A stretch of 64,000 bases of DNA from Felis catus (GCF_018350175.1 NC_058368.1:228286001-228350000); one strand, 5' to 3'. Positions 12,160 to 25,313 are shown, counted from the stretch's first letter. Numbers and translations are program-made. The notes: generated by a model not told the origin, from the sequence alone.

Positions 12160-14099
12160 TTCCCCAACTAGGATAGAATCCCTTGTGGAGTGCTTTCTGG
12201 CTACTGTCTCTCCCAAACATTAAGAATAATGAATATGTTAAAACATAGTGAAACTTGCTTTAATTTTTAAAATATGTATCATACACGTCTCTGCCTCTCT
12301 GGCTGCTATTCTGTGATATTAGGAAGTGACCTGTGGCTCCCGCGGCGACTCTTCTATTTCTTCTCTTTCCTATGATTTTCTCTGCCCATCACTGGGGGCC
12401 CTGCAGCAATCCAGGCAAGGAGGAAAAGCTAGTCTTCTTTAAGCTTCAGCCTGAGCTATGCGGGCTCTTGTCCAGCTTCACCAGGCATTTTGCTTCAGAA
12501 GTCTATTAGGCAGTGGCTAATATTAATAAAGTGCCTTTCGTTTCCACTTTTCCTGTTAATCATCATTAGCCTTAGTGAAAAAGCCAAATAGGAACATTCT
12601 TAGCTTCCTGGAATAAAGTATCATCAAACATCATCAAATTGAACCCAGTTTCCTAATGACCTATCTCATTTCCTGACTCTACATAAGTCCCTTGTATGTG
12701 CAGCTGAATACATTTTCTTTATTTTTAACTGTCATGTGCATAAAGCCCTTAGTAAGTACCTAAATATAGTTATAATTTTTTATAATTATATCATCCTTAA
12801 ATACAATTAATATCAGAATATCATTTAGCTCTGGAAACAATTATCATGTATTACAGCCCCTCAAATGATTACCGTAGTGTTGGAATTCGGGCTGTGCTGT
12901 TTCTTAGATGTTTCTGTTTACCTGAGGGTCATCCACGGATGAAGTGAAATTACTCAGACAAGAACCCCCCTGAAGAGGATTTAGGATTTTGCACCCTTAA
13001 TGGATTTTTTCAATGTTGCCACACTGCATTCATTGCCCCTTTGTACACTATCCGACATTCCACAATTTTGCCGCACAAACTTCTTGCTTGGGAAACTAAT
13101 GCTCAACAAAGTTCAAGTTACTCTGATGACTTGAAGCAGGTTACAGCAAAAGAAAAGAAAATGCATCTCTAAAATATGACACAGTATAAAGGAATACAAA
13201 GATTCTGAAATCTATGAAGGCATGCTTCATGGATATCAAACTATTTACAAGTTTGAAAGTAATGGTAATGAAAACTATGATGTTTTGCATCAATATAGAG
13301 CAATTTCCGTCATTTATTTTTGTTTTGTGACCTTAATGACTACTTAACTGTGTATCATGTGTTTGTATCTTTATAAATTGTATTCTGTGGTAATTTAGGT
13401 GGCTTTGGCTCACCTCTGCCACAATGACAAGTAAATGACGAAAAACAATGGGGAATACCTTTTAAAGTACTGAAGTTAGAACGGATAGTAATAAAAGCGT
13501 AACTTTGAAAGCTAGGTTTCTTTATTGATAGAATAAGCCTAAATTCAAGATAGAACAATTCATTTTGATCATAGCAGCACTACAGATTTTCAAATGAATT
13601 ACAAAAAAATGATTTTGAAATTTCTCAGGAAATCACAGATAATATACTAAATGTAACTTGTACTAACCTAAAATATAAAGCAAGTTAAAATAAAAATTTT
13701 ATAGCCTGAGCCAGCATGACCTCACTCACAAAATAAGTTCTAGTTTCCATGTATGATTTAATCGGAACACCAAAGCTGTAAAGTATCACGTATTATCAAG
13801 GCTTTCTTTTACTCATAGTGAGTCATAAGGTCAGTAATAATATTTTATAGTACTATGAAACATGCAAAGTCTGTCTCTACCCCCCAGCCCCATTTGACAT
13901 CTCAAATCAGGCAACTTTTGAGTCAAGGTCTTGGGGTAATGGCATTCATAATAGCCTTGAATGTTCCATTTCATCACTCACTTAAATAAAAATAACTTAC
14001 TTTTGCATAGTCCCTGAAAAGGTAAGAAATACTTTATGTAATTTGTCTGGTTTGGTCTGCAGAAGAATCCTAGGAGGTTGGCTTGTTTATTATACCATG

Positions 14100-14305
14100 C
14101 AGCATCGTGACCAGCGGCGCACCTGGTACTGAAGCCCCTGGACTTGAACCTTCGCTTTGCCGTCCCTCCTTCCCTATGTGACCATGAGCAAGCAGCCCAA
14201 CTTCAGTTTCCTCACCTGTCGTGGGAGGATGGCCACTTGTCCGTGGTGAGGACCGAGTAGATAGGTGTGAGTTGCTTGGAGCGCCCCCTGGCTGTAGCGG
14301 GCACC
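14100..14305 (+). mobile_element. MIR relic, unusually GC/CpG-rich
   Basis: ctatgtgaccatgagcaagcagcccaacttcagtttcctcacctgt...gtggtgaggacc. Confidence 0.75.
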
Positions 14306-14310
14306 ACAGC
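14279..14310 (-). promoter_or_regulatory. Candidate CTCF site (reverse) with upstream module
   Basis: Minus strand reads GCTGTGGTGCCC-GCTA-CAGCCAGGGGGCGCTC: core plus a TGCAGTGCCC-like upstream motif. Confidence 0.65.
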
Positions 14311-14835
14311 GGCCCCTGCTGGCCCTGTTCTGCCCTGGAGGAGCTCCTGGCTCAGAGAAGTCATGTGCTTTTTCAAAGTGCTTTTTTCCTTTCCTTTCTG
14401 GAAGGTTAGCTCTTCATTGTGAAACAAAGAGAAAAAGGCTGATGGGTGCAACAAATAACAATGAATAATTAAGGAATTGTGCTGAAGATTAAGTCATTTT
14501 CAAGAATCATTTGTATAAGAAAAGCCTTCTATTTGTGCTTACTTCTGGAATAACTTGACTTCTTACATAGCCTTGGGAGGCGTATGATTACAAAAGAGGT
14601 AATACTTAAATACGCTATGAAAAAAAGAAAGCACATTTTCATTTTCTATCTCTGACATCAAAAGACTTTCCTTAATGATGGATTATTTCTGTGATGACAA
14701 AGGCATTTAATACACATAGATACATTTTTGATGTTTTATTCTTAATTTGGTGACTGGTAGTTGATGTTGATCATATAAAATACTCAGATACATTTTTTTT
14801 TTCATTTCGATTCAGGTCTTGTATAGTCCATAGAG

Positions 14836-15178
14836 TGCTATGGCCTGAATGATTGTGTTCTCCCCAAATTCGTACATTGAGATCCTAACCTCCAAGGTGA
14901 GGGTATTGGGAAGCTGGGACTATGGGAGGTGATTAGGTCACGAGGGTGGAGCCCTCATGATGGGATTAGCTCCTGGTTCACAGAGCTCCCTGGCCCCTTC
15001 CACGTTGTGAGAACATAGGGGCCCTTCATCGCACCAGGGATCAGGGTCTCAGCAGACATTGAATCTGCAGGTGCCGCGAGCTGGGAATTCCCGCCTCCAA
15101 AACAGTGAGAAATAAATGTTTGTTGTTCAAGCTGCCGAGTCTATGGTAGTGTTATAGCAGCCTGAATGGACTAATGCA
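14836..15178 (+). mobile_element. MaLR solo LTR, MLT1A0-like
   Basis: tgctatggcctgaatgattgtgttctccccaaattcgtacattgagatcctaacc ... gttatagcagcctgaatggactaatgca. Confidence 0.9.
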
Positions 15179-15792
15179 CGCAGTAATGAGACTTTCCCCT
15201 TCTTTTTGAGGATGACTTTAAAATGGAATAGTGGGTATTGGAAAATTTTCACTGCTAGTCAACTCTTCTAGAAGCCTTCAAACTGACTTGAGTTGTAGTC
15301 TGCGCAATTTATGGCCATAACAATATCTTCTTTGTGAAATATGACAACAGGTGGGGAAGGGTTTGAAGGCAGCAAGAGAGAGGGGTGGGTAGGGGGAGCT
15401 GTCTAGTTTTATTTAAACTCTTATCTGCTCAGTTTCTAAATTCTCTAAAGTTTGGTTCAACTTCTTATCTGTTCTCAGTCTGAGTCTGCTCGTCTAAAAT
15501 TTTTAGTATTTTTGCATCTTACATACTAATTAATAAATATTTGTATATTATATACATACACACATATACATGTGCATATACCTGTATGCATATACTCATA
15601 TACAGACCCACCCGCTGATGTGGGCTTCAGTCAATATCTTTACTGGCTCTCTGAACTGAGTGACTTCACAACTTCTCCCTTTCACACCAGGATCTTTCTT
15701 TCTTCTATTCCGGTATTTGCTTTGGTATACTGGTATCCCTGCTTTTTGAAAGTTTGCTTCCACCACTTGGATTTTACAGAAGACCAGCATTC

Positions 15793-16180
15793 GTAGTCCC
15801 CCTCTTATCTGGGGGTTCGCTTTCTGTGGTTTCAGCTACCTGCCGTCAACCGTGACCCGGAAGCAGATGATCCTTTGCTGGGTCAGAAAGTCAATAGTCA
15901 CCTAAGGCAACATGTCGGTGCCTATGTCATCTACCTCACTTCATCTCATCACTGGGGCGTTTTATCATCTCACATGGTCAGAAGAAGGGTGAGTGCAGTG
16001 TGTTAATATTTTAGCTGCTGTTAATCTTGTACTGTGACTGAGTTAGAAGTTAATCTGTATCATAGACGTGTGTGTTTGGAGAAAACATAGTATTTATAGG
16101 GTTCAGTCCTATCTGCGGTTTCAGGCATTAACCGGGGGTCTTTGAGTGTATCCCCCCACAGATGGGTGGGCACCACCGTA
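15793..16180 (+). mobile_element. MER44/Tigger7 non-autonomous DNA transposon
   Basis: gtagtccccctcttatct TIR, ttcgctttctgtggtttcagctacc, ggttcagtcctatctgcggtttcaggcat; same internal segment as the copy at 58.9 kb. Confidence 0.85.
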
Positions 16181-17512
16181 CTTGCTTTTGCTAACTGAAA
16201 GAAATCTGGAGAGGCTTTTCACTTTCATGGTAAAAGCTGCCAAGCTGAAAAACAGCAATGGTGGCCAGCCTTTGGGACTGGGAACCAAGTTCCGTCTCAG
16301 TGTCCAGCCCCCAGAGCTTTGAACTCTCTCTGTGAGCATCGGGGCTCCGTCTCCGTTTATTTTGTGCAGCCGTTAGCAAGATATGTCTGAAGGTATCAGG
16401 AAAACCTAAGGAGGTTATTTTTGGTCTGGGGATGCTCAAAAACGAATCCATATAAATTAATGGTGACTGTGGCCTTCTTTGATGCCATTTTGGCTTAGGA
16501 GAGGTTTCACAGGAATACAGGGGATCCTATAGCTGTTCCCTCACTAGAATACTTTTTCTTTTCATGTCCTCCCCCCTCCTACGTAACCATTCCAAACATA
16601 CCCTTCTTTCCCCTTCACTCGCACCAAAGCCCAGGTCAGTGCAGAGCACATATGAACTACCACTGTGCTACATCCTTAGTAATTATTGCTTGATGACAAT
16701 GTAAAGGAAACAAGTTTTAATCAGGATAGTTTCAGCCTGTAACCTACTAACCACAACCTATCTTTGGACTCAAAAGCATCCAACCATTCGCCTCCCTATC
16801 TCTTCTCCTAGGTGTCTGAAAGGCACTGAAACCTCTCATTTGACAACCTGACTATGTAAAATCCATGGTCAGACGCTCTCACATTTCTAACTACTTTTTT
16901 GGCGTAATTATTTGCTTAATATCTAATTTTCTCATTGGACTACAGCTCGGTGAAGGCAGAGATAATGAGTGTTTTGTTCACTATCGCGTTCCTCATATCT
17001 GTCATGACAAAGGGAAGAAGGAAGGCAGGCAGGAAGGAAGGCAAGCAAGCAGAAAGAAAAGAATGAGAAATCTCCAGTCTGCAGCTAAAGCTTCAAAGGC
17101 TGTTAGTCCCCGTAGCTGTATGATTTGATGTTTCTTTGTAGACTGCACTAATATTTCCAAACAAAATTGCTTTTAAAATTTAACACCAAGAGCAATTTCC
17201 ATTTCAAAATTGTGCCAGTTATTGAAAATGTCTTCAGTGGTGTTACAAATGGTCTTGAAGCTCCCCTGAATGTGCTAGGCGTTTAGTAATGGGTGTCTGT
17301 GACTGTTTTCCAAAAATTCCTTATCTAGTTACTTCGAAACAAAAAAAAAAAAAAAAAAGGAAAAAAAAAAAAGCCTAGAGAAGTAATCATCATGCTGCGT
17401 GTACAATAAGTACAGCAAATAGCTCTATAAAATACTATTTTTAAAAGAGCCTTTTAATTTTGTTTAATGTTCCAGAACTTTCTGACCGAGAATTAAAAGT
17501 TGGGTACAATTA

Positions 17513-17732
17513 GGGGCGCCTGGGTGGCTCAGTCGGTTGAGCGTCCGACTTCGGCTCAGGTCATGATCTCACAGTTTGTGGGTTCGAGCCCTGTGTCGGG
17601 CTCTGTGCTCACAGTTTGCTCAGAGCCTGGAGCCTGCTTCAGATTCTGTGTCTCCTTCTCTCTCTGCCCCTCCCCCGCTCACACCTGTCCCACTCTGTTT
17701 CTCAAAAATAAATGTAAAAAAAATTAAAAAAA
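17513..17732 (+). mobile_element. CAN-SINE (SINEC_Fc)
   Basis: ggggcgcctgggtggctcagtcggttgagcgtccgac; TSD aaaagttgggta(c/a)aatta. Confidence 0.97.
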
Positions 17733-18134
17733 AAAAGTTGGGTAAAATTATTTCAAGAAAGTTGGGTAATATTATTTCAGGACCTAACCACAAATACAGG
17801 AAAAAAAATAGAGGACCAACATATATACATATACATCGTAAACAAAGAAGTGTGCATAGATATTAAAGTCTTATTCTGGTCTAGAATGAGGTTCCTCCCA
17901 AGGCAATCTTCAAACAGAAGGCTTACCCAGGTCTACTGGAAATAGGTTTCCATCATCACAGTCCAGAGTGTCCAAAAACATTTATTGTGAAATGTGTCTT
18001 TTAAATCTTGAGATCTCCGACATCAGACAGATTTCCCCACTTCTGTTAAAGAAGCTTTCTTGTACTCCTGGATACTGGGAGATGGTTCAACTATGCTAGT
18101 GTTCACTTGAACCATGGTGTCATGCAGGTAACTC

Positions 18135-18290
18135 CTTCAGCTGGACCTCTCGAACTCTAAGTGGGGAGCTCTTTAAAAATCAGAGTCAAAGCCTTGCCCC
18201 CTTGAAGTCTGTTTCAATAATTCTGGAGTGTGGGTTCCGGAATTTGTTTTTATTTTGTTTTATTTTTAAGGTTCCATGGTGATTCAGTTG
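18135..18290. mobile_element. MER5-like hAT MITE relic
   Basis: ggggagctctttaaaaatcagag...tctgtttcaataattctggagtgtggg...ggaatttgttttt...ggtgattc. Confidence 0.5.
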
Positions 18291-18949
18291 GATCACCCCA
18301 GATAATCCTTATAAGGAAAACATAGCACCACGGTCCTTAGCCCTTGAGAGAGGTTGCATTTACACAGGTTTTATTTGTCCAGTTATATCAGCAGAGACTT
18401 AAGCTATTTAGTATACTTACTGTTTCTCTTGGAGTAAAAATATACTTCCCCCCTCTCCTATATTGTAGGGCAGTTTCTTTCCTTCCCTCTCCCCTCCCCT
18501 GGAGCCCTGTCTCCCTTCAACTCACAGATCTCAGGTATTTTAACTTTACTAGGCAGACTGATAACCCCAGTTCCTCTGATTTTGCTCAGTACATTTTTCT
18601 ATGCATCTCAGCTTCACATCTCTTCCCTTTCTAAAGCTCTTAGCCTCCAATATGTTCCCCCCTTTTCCTCAACTACTTTGCCTCTAGGGCCATCAGCCCT
18701 CTGTCTGAGAGCCCTGACTTCACAGCATTTCTGTTCTTCAGGGCATTGTCTTCCCTTGTATCCGTGTTTTCCTGATTTTAAAATACATTTACATTTTCCA
18801 GTTAGGAAGGACACTGTGAGCTCACTATCACTTTTGGTTGAAGGTTGGATAGGGCAAAGTGATAAGGAAGGCTGATATAGATAAATATGTGCCTATCTTT
18901 GCCAATAATCCTTCTAAAACTCTGCTTCCTGGATTTGGTTATGATAGTT

Positions 18950-19409
18950 TCTCTGTGACGGTCCAATCAGAGGACAGAAATGACTCTAGATGGTTCAACA
19001 GAAGGGATTTAATTCGGACAATTTGTTCTTGAGTAATGGATCATCTGAGAAGCCACGTGGGGGTGGTTCATGCCTCCAAAAGATTAGTGACAGCAGGGAT
19101 CTGTGCCCACTTACAAGGCTGGAGAGACAATGGGAGGCAGTGATGTTCCCAGAACTCGGAAACCAGGCTGACTTTCAGAGAGTGAGAACCGGGGCAGGGA
19201 CATGATGAACCTGGAGGGAAGACACAGCCGTTGCTGGGGGTGCTGTATGCAGCCGAACAAGAGAGGGAGAAATACCCAAAGTGTCTCCTCCTGCCCTCCC
19301 TGGCTGCAGTTATATGGAATCCAGGTGCCAAGGGAAGCGCGGAAGTGAAATTCCTTAGAGGAAGAGTGGAAAGCAGATTTGATAGCAAAAGACGTATATG
19401 ACCGGCACA
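18950..19409 (-). mobile_element. ERVL solo LTR (LTR79-like)
   Basis: ggtccaatcagaggacagaaatgactctaga...gagagggagaaataccc...atgaccggcaca terminus. Confidence 0.7.
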
Positions 19410-20018
19410 GTTTCTCTATGAGGATAATCTCCTATGACATATGAAGTCTCTCTTTTCATTCTAAGAAATAGTTTCTGTATCAAGGTACTTGATTCTCTGC
19501 CAGTAGATAATAAATGAGGGTCTAGGGAATAATAAAACTGAAAAGTAACTGAAATGGCACAGAAGAATAGGGATCTGTATTTAAGTTATTACTTCCTCCT
19601 CTGTTGTGCCAGAGAGAGGTCTATGTCTCTCCCCGTTACAGCTGCCATCTCTTCTTGTCAGGGGCCCCGTCAGCATCCTGCAGGAAGGGAAGCAGGCTGG
19701 GGGTGCGGGGAGGGAGAGAGTGCTGACAGCCACAGTGTTTCACTTCCTCAGGGGGCACCTGGAGGGCAACGTGAGGCAAAGCAGGAAGCAGCAAATTCTC
19801 TTGGGAAACTGGAGGCAGAAAGGGAGTCCCTGTGCCCCATTCTCCAGCCCAGTCCTCCTTGCTTCAAGCCTATAAAAAGAGAGCTGAGTGTGTAAGTCCA
19901 CAGAAACCAGAGGGTCCCCGAAAGATACGTGTGTTGCAGCCAACAAAGAGCACCGAACTGCAGAAGGGACCAGACCCGCTGCGATGATGCAGACCCCAGA
20001 AAGAGCTGTGACAAGCTA

Positions 20019-20019
<1 letters not shown>

Positions 20020-20060
<41 letters not shown>
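20020..20060 (+). repeat. (CA)n microsatellite
   Basis: About 20 CA units, one interruption. Confidence 0.95.
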
Positions 20061-20061
<1 letters not shown>

Positions 20062-20129
20062 ACAGACGTGTTTTATGCAGTTTACTTTTGTGACCCAATG
20101 TAATGATGCAGTATCAGTGTTTCACTCTA

Positions 20130-20940
20130 GTGACTCATCACCCTTTCCACTTCCTTGCCTGCCTTTCTATCTCCAGCCCTTTTCAACTTGGCCTTGGTCC
20201 ATCCTGCCTCTGAAAAAGTCCTCTCAGAGTGACCTGCTAACTGCCAAATCTAGTGGTAACTTTCCTCTTCTCAGTTCTTTCAATTGGCTATTTATAAGCA
20301 TTGAAATTGCTGAACACGTTTCCTCTTTGAAACTTTCCAACGTTCATTTGAGATAATGTATGCTTTTGTTTTTCCTCCTAATTTTTGACTATTCTTTCTT
20401 GTTTTCTTTATCTAATTCCCTGCTCATCCTAAATAGCTATGTTCCCAGGGATTCCAAAATTGGGCTCTCGCCAATTGGCCTCTACCCAATCCACCCCTCT
20501 CTTTTCTTGACACGTGCTCCCTGGACCTTCTCATATGTGTGCTGAACTATAATCTGTACCCTCTCAACTCACATCTCCTTCTTTAGACTAGAAGTGTCTC
20601 CTGAACGTCAGGCCTGATTTTCTATTGTCTATAGGTTATCTCCACCTGGATGTTGTACTTTAAATTCACCATGTCCCAAACCAAACCACTTATTTTCCTT
20701 CCTCAAACAAATTAGTGCCTCAAACAAGTTAACAGTGGCATGTTAACTAGAACATCTACCTGTATCTCTGACTTCCTCCAAGTTGGATTTAGCAACTCTC
20801 ATCTGTGCTTCTGTAACAGGAAATCTATTACTTTCAGTACTTACTACAGTGAGTTCTAAATTCTGATTTGTCTTTTCTTTTATCAACCTTTAAGTTTATC
20901 AAACGCAGGGACTGTTTGTTATTCATTCCTGAGTCCCGAT
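20130..20940 (+). mobile_element. L2 relic
   Basis: gtgacctgctaactgccaaatctagtgg...atctccacctggatgt...caccatgtcccaaaccaaac...gcagggactgtttgttattcat. Confidence 0.7.
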
Positions 20941-21594
20941 GGCCCAACTCACTACAAAGCTGATTCTCATCATCCCCTTCCTTCTCAAATATCCTGATCA
21001 CCTTCCAAAAGAAAATTATACAATTTGTAACATTTGTACGAAGAGTCGCTTGTTTGGAGAATTCATGTTATGTTTCATCTTCTCAACTGTGTTTAGAACA
21101 GCTAATTCATTTTTAGAAAGTTGGGACGTAGCTATTTCACTCCCAGCTTCCTGGGGATATGAATTCCAGCCACTTAAGAAGTATATAAGTTTTGAGCCCC
21201 AAGACATCCATTTGTCAAGACCTTAAAGTTCATTGTCATGGGGATTGTACATGTCACCAATACTATATTTTTATGATGTTGATGAAGGAGAAGTAATAAC
21301 CTTTGACAATGTTTTGGTTGCTCACTCTAGAGTTTCAGAGATAGATCTTTGATATTAGCCTTGTCAATTTTTTGAGAATAAATTTTGATTAACAGTATTT
21401 GGAGTACTTGAAGGACGATAGTTAATTACAAAAATTTCCAAGGATATTTTCTTAATTTAAAATTAGATTGTATATATCTCAATATTTCCCCAAGGACCTG
21501 ACACACTTAATTTGAACTTACTCTTAGTTATATTTTAGGTCTAGGATTTGGATGAAGGAAATAACTGAAGAATCCAGTTTAGGTGAAATTAAAT

Positions 21595-22195
21595 TCAGTC
21601 TTAGCCTCAGTTTCTTAGAAAATAAATCTGAGGCAAGGATTTGAAGTACTAATGGTTACTTGGGAGGTGCTACACTAGGGCAGTGAGAGCGAGAGGAAAG
21701 GTGAGCAAAGACGTGTAGGGCTACATCACCAAACCAGCTGCAGCTTCACAAAGAGCTGTGAAAAGACACAGTGGGCCCTACAGGTGCATCTCAGCACCAG
21801 AAGGTAAAGAAGCCTATGTGAACAGCTCGTGGTGTTCATGATGGGGTAGGGTTTGGCTTCCTCCTGTTTCCTGTTGACCATTGCTCAAAGTTCACTCCAC
21901 AGAGAGTTAATTCCCTGTACTTTTGGCTTGCATTATTCAACTCTGCCTGTGGCCCCTAAGGATATCTGCCTGTGGCCCCCTTCCATCCTGTGAAGTGGCA
22001 TTCTTTTTACTTCCCCATTTTGTACAAGCTGTATACATTACCGGTGGCCTAATCTACGCCTTGTGGTCTGAATTCTGGAAGCAGGAAGGAGGCACCCATT
22101 TCACCCAAGGCTGATGGGCTAAGCTGCTGGTGGTAATTAAGGGCAAAAGACTGATTGGGCCCAAGGAGAGTCCAGGAGGCAAGAGGTGCACACGT
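21595..22195 (-). mobile_element. Old ERVL LTR (LTR33/LTR16 group)
   Basis: tttcttagaaaataaatctgaggcaaggattt...ttactttgggagg..., ends ggaggcaagaggtgcaca. Confidence 0.5.
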
Positions 22196-22346
22196 AACTT
22201 GAGGAAGTGGTTGAAATGAGTGTCTAATAGAGCTGCTCACTCAAAAAGCTCCGCTTCCAAGTTTACAGACAGGGAAGGGGAGCAGAATACTTCAATACTG
22301 AAGTTGCATCAAACATGTACAAGTTGCCATGAACGAGTCATCACAG

Positions 22347-22575
22347 ATTTTTTAAATTGAGATATAATTGATACGTGGTATATTGTTCTCAGGTGTACAA
22401 CATAATGATTTGATATATGTATATACTGTGAAGTGATCATCACAAAAAGTCACATTAACATCCATCAGAACACATTTACAGGTTTGTTGGTGTGTGTGTA
22501 ATGCAAACTTTTAATATCTACTCTCTTAGCAGTTTTCAAAGATATACTATAGCATTATTAACTATAGTCACCATC
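22347..22575 (-). mobile_element. L1 3' end fragment (L1MA9/L1_Carn-like)
   Basis: aattgagatataattgat...caggtgtacaacataatgattt...tctactctcttagc...ttattaactatagtcacc. Confidence 0.85.
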
Positions 22576-22683
22576 ACCATAGATATTGACCTGGGAAGAA
22601 AGCATTGAAAACTAAAATGTCCTGTACCCACCCCACTACTTTTTAAACTCTGAGTATTATACTTGGAGACATCTGGGTTATAC

Positions 22684-22913
22684 TTTTTTTTTAAAATTTT
22701 TTTTAACGTTTTATTTATTTTTGAGACAGGAAGAGACAGAGCATGAACGGGGGAGGGTCAGAGAGAGAGGGAAACACAGAATCGGAAGCAGGCTCCAGGC
22801 TCTGAGCCATCAGCCCAGAGCCCGACACGGGGCTTGAACTCACGTACCGGACCGTGAGATCGTGACCTGAGCTGAAGTTGGACGCTTAACCGACCGAGCC
22901 ACCCAGGCGCCCC
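22684..22913 (-). mobile_element. Young CAN-SINE (SINEC_Fc)
   Basis: Full body ending cccaggcgcccc; TSD ctgggttat at 22673 and 22913. Confidence 0.97.
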
Positions 22914-24603
22914 TGGGTTATCCCTTGACAGGAGATGACTCCATGGGATGACTCCGTGGGATACCTCCGTGACTCTTCAGATGAAACTTCCTTGTCTGGT
23001 TTCCTTTTTCCAAGGTGTTTTAAAAGAATCTAGGTATCTTGCCACTGGCTTCTACTCTAATAAATATAGGAAACTGGAAAAATTGTCATCATACAGTTTT
23101 TCAGTGATAAGAGTCGTGCCCAGGAGAGCATTATTCTGACAACTCCTAGTTCCGTTACTTTGCTGAGCTTGAAGCATTATTTTTAGAGAAATATATGTCC
23201 TGGCCCCGATTGAACTTCAGATTTTCTATTTGTCTTTGGTTGGAAAACAGAGTTGACAGGATGTTTTATTTTCACTGGACGTATTAGGAACAGCCTCACC
23301 GTGCCTGGCTGTGCACAGCAACACATGGGCAGCTAGTTCCTATGGTGCATTCAGGAATAAACAACCAAAGCTTTGGCTAGAATCACTCGTCCAGCCCAGT
23401 TCTCTATGTTTGGACTTTGGACACAGACTCCAGGCCTGACTAAGCCTGAGCCAGGGTGTTGGCCTTCCTGACAACACCCTTCTGCTGTGGTTAATGTTGC
23501 ACTACCGGACTATATTTTTGAGACTTTTCCCATGAGGCCCAGGAGTCCTCTCCCTCTTAGCTTGAATTGTCCGATCCCTAAAGCATTATAATAATCATCT
23601 TCTAATAGTTTATTACCTTTGCATTTTCCTCTCTGAATGGTACTTCTGTTCTTCGACTGAAAGAAATGGTATCTATACCTGAGTCTCAAACTGGGCCGGA
23701 GTGCTCCATACTGTGGGGCAGATTATGTCCCTCAGGCGGCCACTCCTTGTCAGTTTCTGTAGTGTTGCTGTCTTGTAGCAACTGCCTTTGGAAATCTCTC
23801 GCCTGGAATTCCAGATGATCATTTGTGAACCAGAACAGTGCGTAGAGTTGGCTGATGGACTTCCTGTGGCACCCCAGTCTACTTAGAAATAACCAATAAG
23901 GGAGAGTTCTTTTTATTTCCCTGTTTGGACAAGTCAGATCACGAGTGGCCTGAGCCATATGGCTTGAATCCTGAGATGTACATCGTGTCATTTTCAAAAG
24001 TCAATGCAGAGTAATATTTTCCCAATATCTTGCTGACAAGGGAGAAGGTATGATAGAGCGGCTTTTTTTACCTTTCTTCCTGAAAGGATAGACTAACTCT
24101 ACAAATTGTTGTCCCGCTTGACAGAAATCAATGAAATCCATTACTAGATATTCACATTTCACCCAACAATGTGAAAAAGCGAATAAATAGAAGTCTATTC
24201 AATTCTGTAAGTGCTTTGCAAGCTCTATCTTGAAAGGAAAATAAAAATAAGATGCCTTTGATGATTTCGAATTCATTAGAATGTTTCAATCCAGGTTAGT
24301 TCATGGTTTCATCATGGAGATTTCTGTTACCTTTACAGTGAATGGCTGAAAATTGTGCCGTACGCGTAGCCTTTGTAAAAGAGTAAATTGGTTTTATTGG
24401 CCATTTTTCTAATATCAGTCTACTTTCTGGCAAGTGTTTTGCTAAGTATTGTGGGGGACACAAGAACTTTCCATCTGCCTTATAGCGGTAATATTCAGCG
24501 TGGGAGAGAAAAGGTGGATGATAAAGATGATAATGTGCCATTGGGGATGATTAGGCTTGTATCCTGTAGCAATCACGAATGGACCTTGCATCATCCTAAT
24601 TTA

Positions 24604-25313
24604 TTAATTTGGTGTTTCCACTTTATTGAGATATAATTGACATGTAACATTGTGTAAGTTTTGGGTGTTGATTTGATGCTTACATTTTCTGAAATAATTA
24701 CCACCATAGTGTTAGCTAATGTCTTTATCATGTCACCTAATTATTATTTCTTTTTTTAGTGAGAACCTTGAAGATCTACTCTTTTCAAGTATATAATACA
24801 ATATTATTAACTCTAATCACTGTATCTTACATTAAAACCCTAGAACTTAATTCATTTTATAACCAGAAGTTTGTACCCTTTGACTTGCATCTTCCCTTTA
24901 CTTTCATTCCCCGGCCCCTGGTAACCACCATTCTACTGTTTCTATGAGTTCTCCTTTGTTAGATTCTACATATGAGTGAGATCATACAGTATTTGTCTTT
25001 CTTTGTTGGACATATTTCACTCAGCATAATGCCCTCTGGGTTCATCCATGTTATTGCACATGACAGGATTTCCTTCTCTCCCATGGTTGAGTAATATTTC
25101 CTAATATATATATATTTATTATACATTTATTATTATATATTCCTATCTATCTATCAAACATATTCTTTATCCCTTCATCTGTTGACAGACACTTGTTTCC
25201 ATATCTTGACTATTTAGAATAATGGTGCAATAAACATGAGAGTGCAGATATCTATTTCAGATCCTGTTTTCACTTCCTTTGGATATATATGCAGGAGTGG
25301 GATTGCTAGATCA
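24604..25313 (-). mobile_element. 5'-truncated L1 (L1MA9/L1_Carn-like), ~700 bp
   Basis: tttattgagatataattgaca...gtgagatcatacagtatttgtctttc...gagtgggattgctagatcat; decayed TSD tgcat(ca/tg)Ycct(a/g)attta. Confidence 0.9.

Noticed and set aside
16228..16322. FGTG / GLGTK stretch resembling a TCR or Ig J segment
   Set aside because: No heptamer-nonamer recombination signal upstream, no donor at the expected position and no neighbouring J segments
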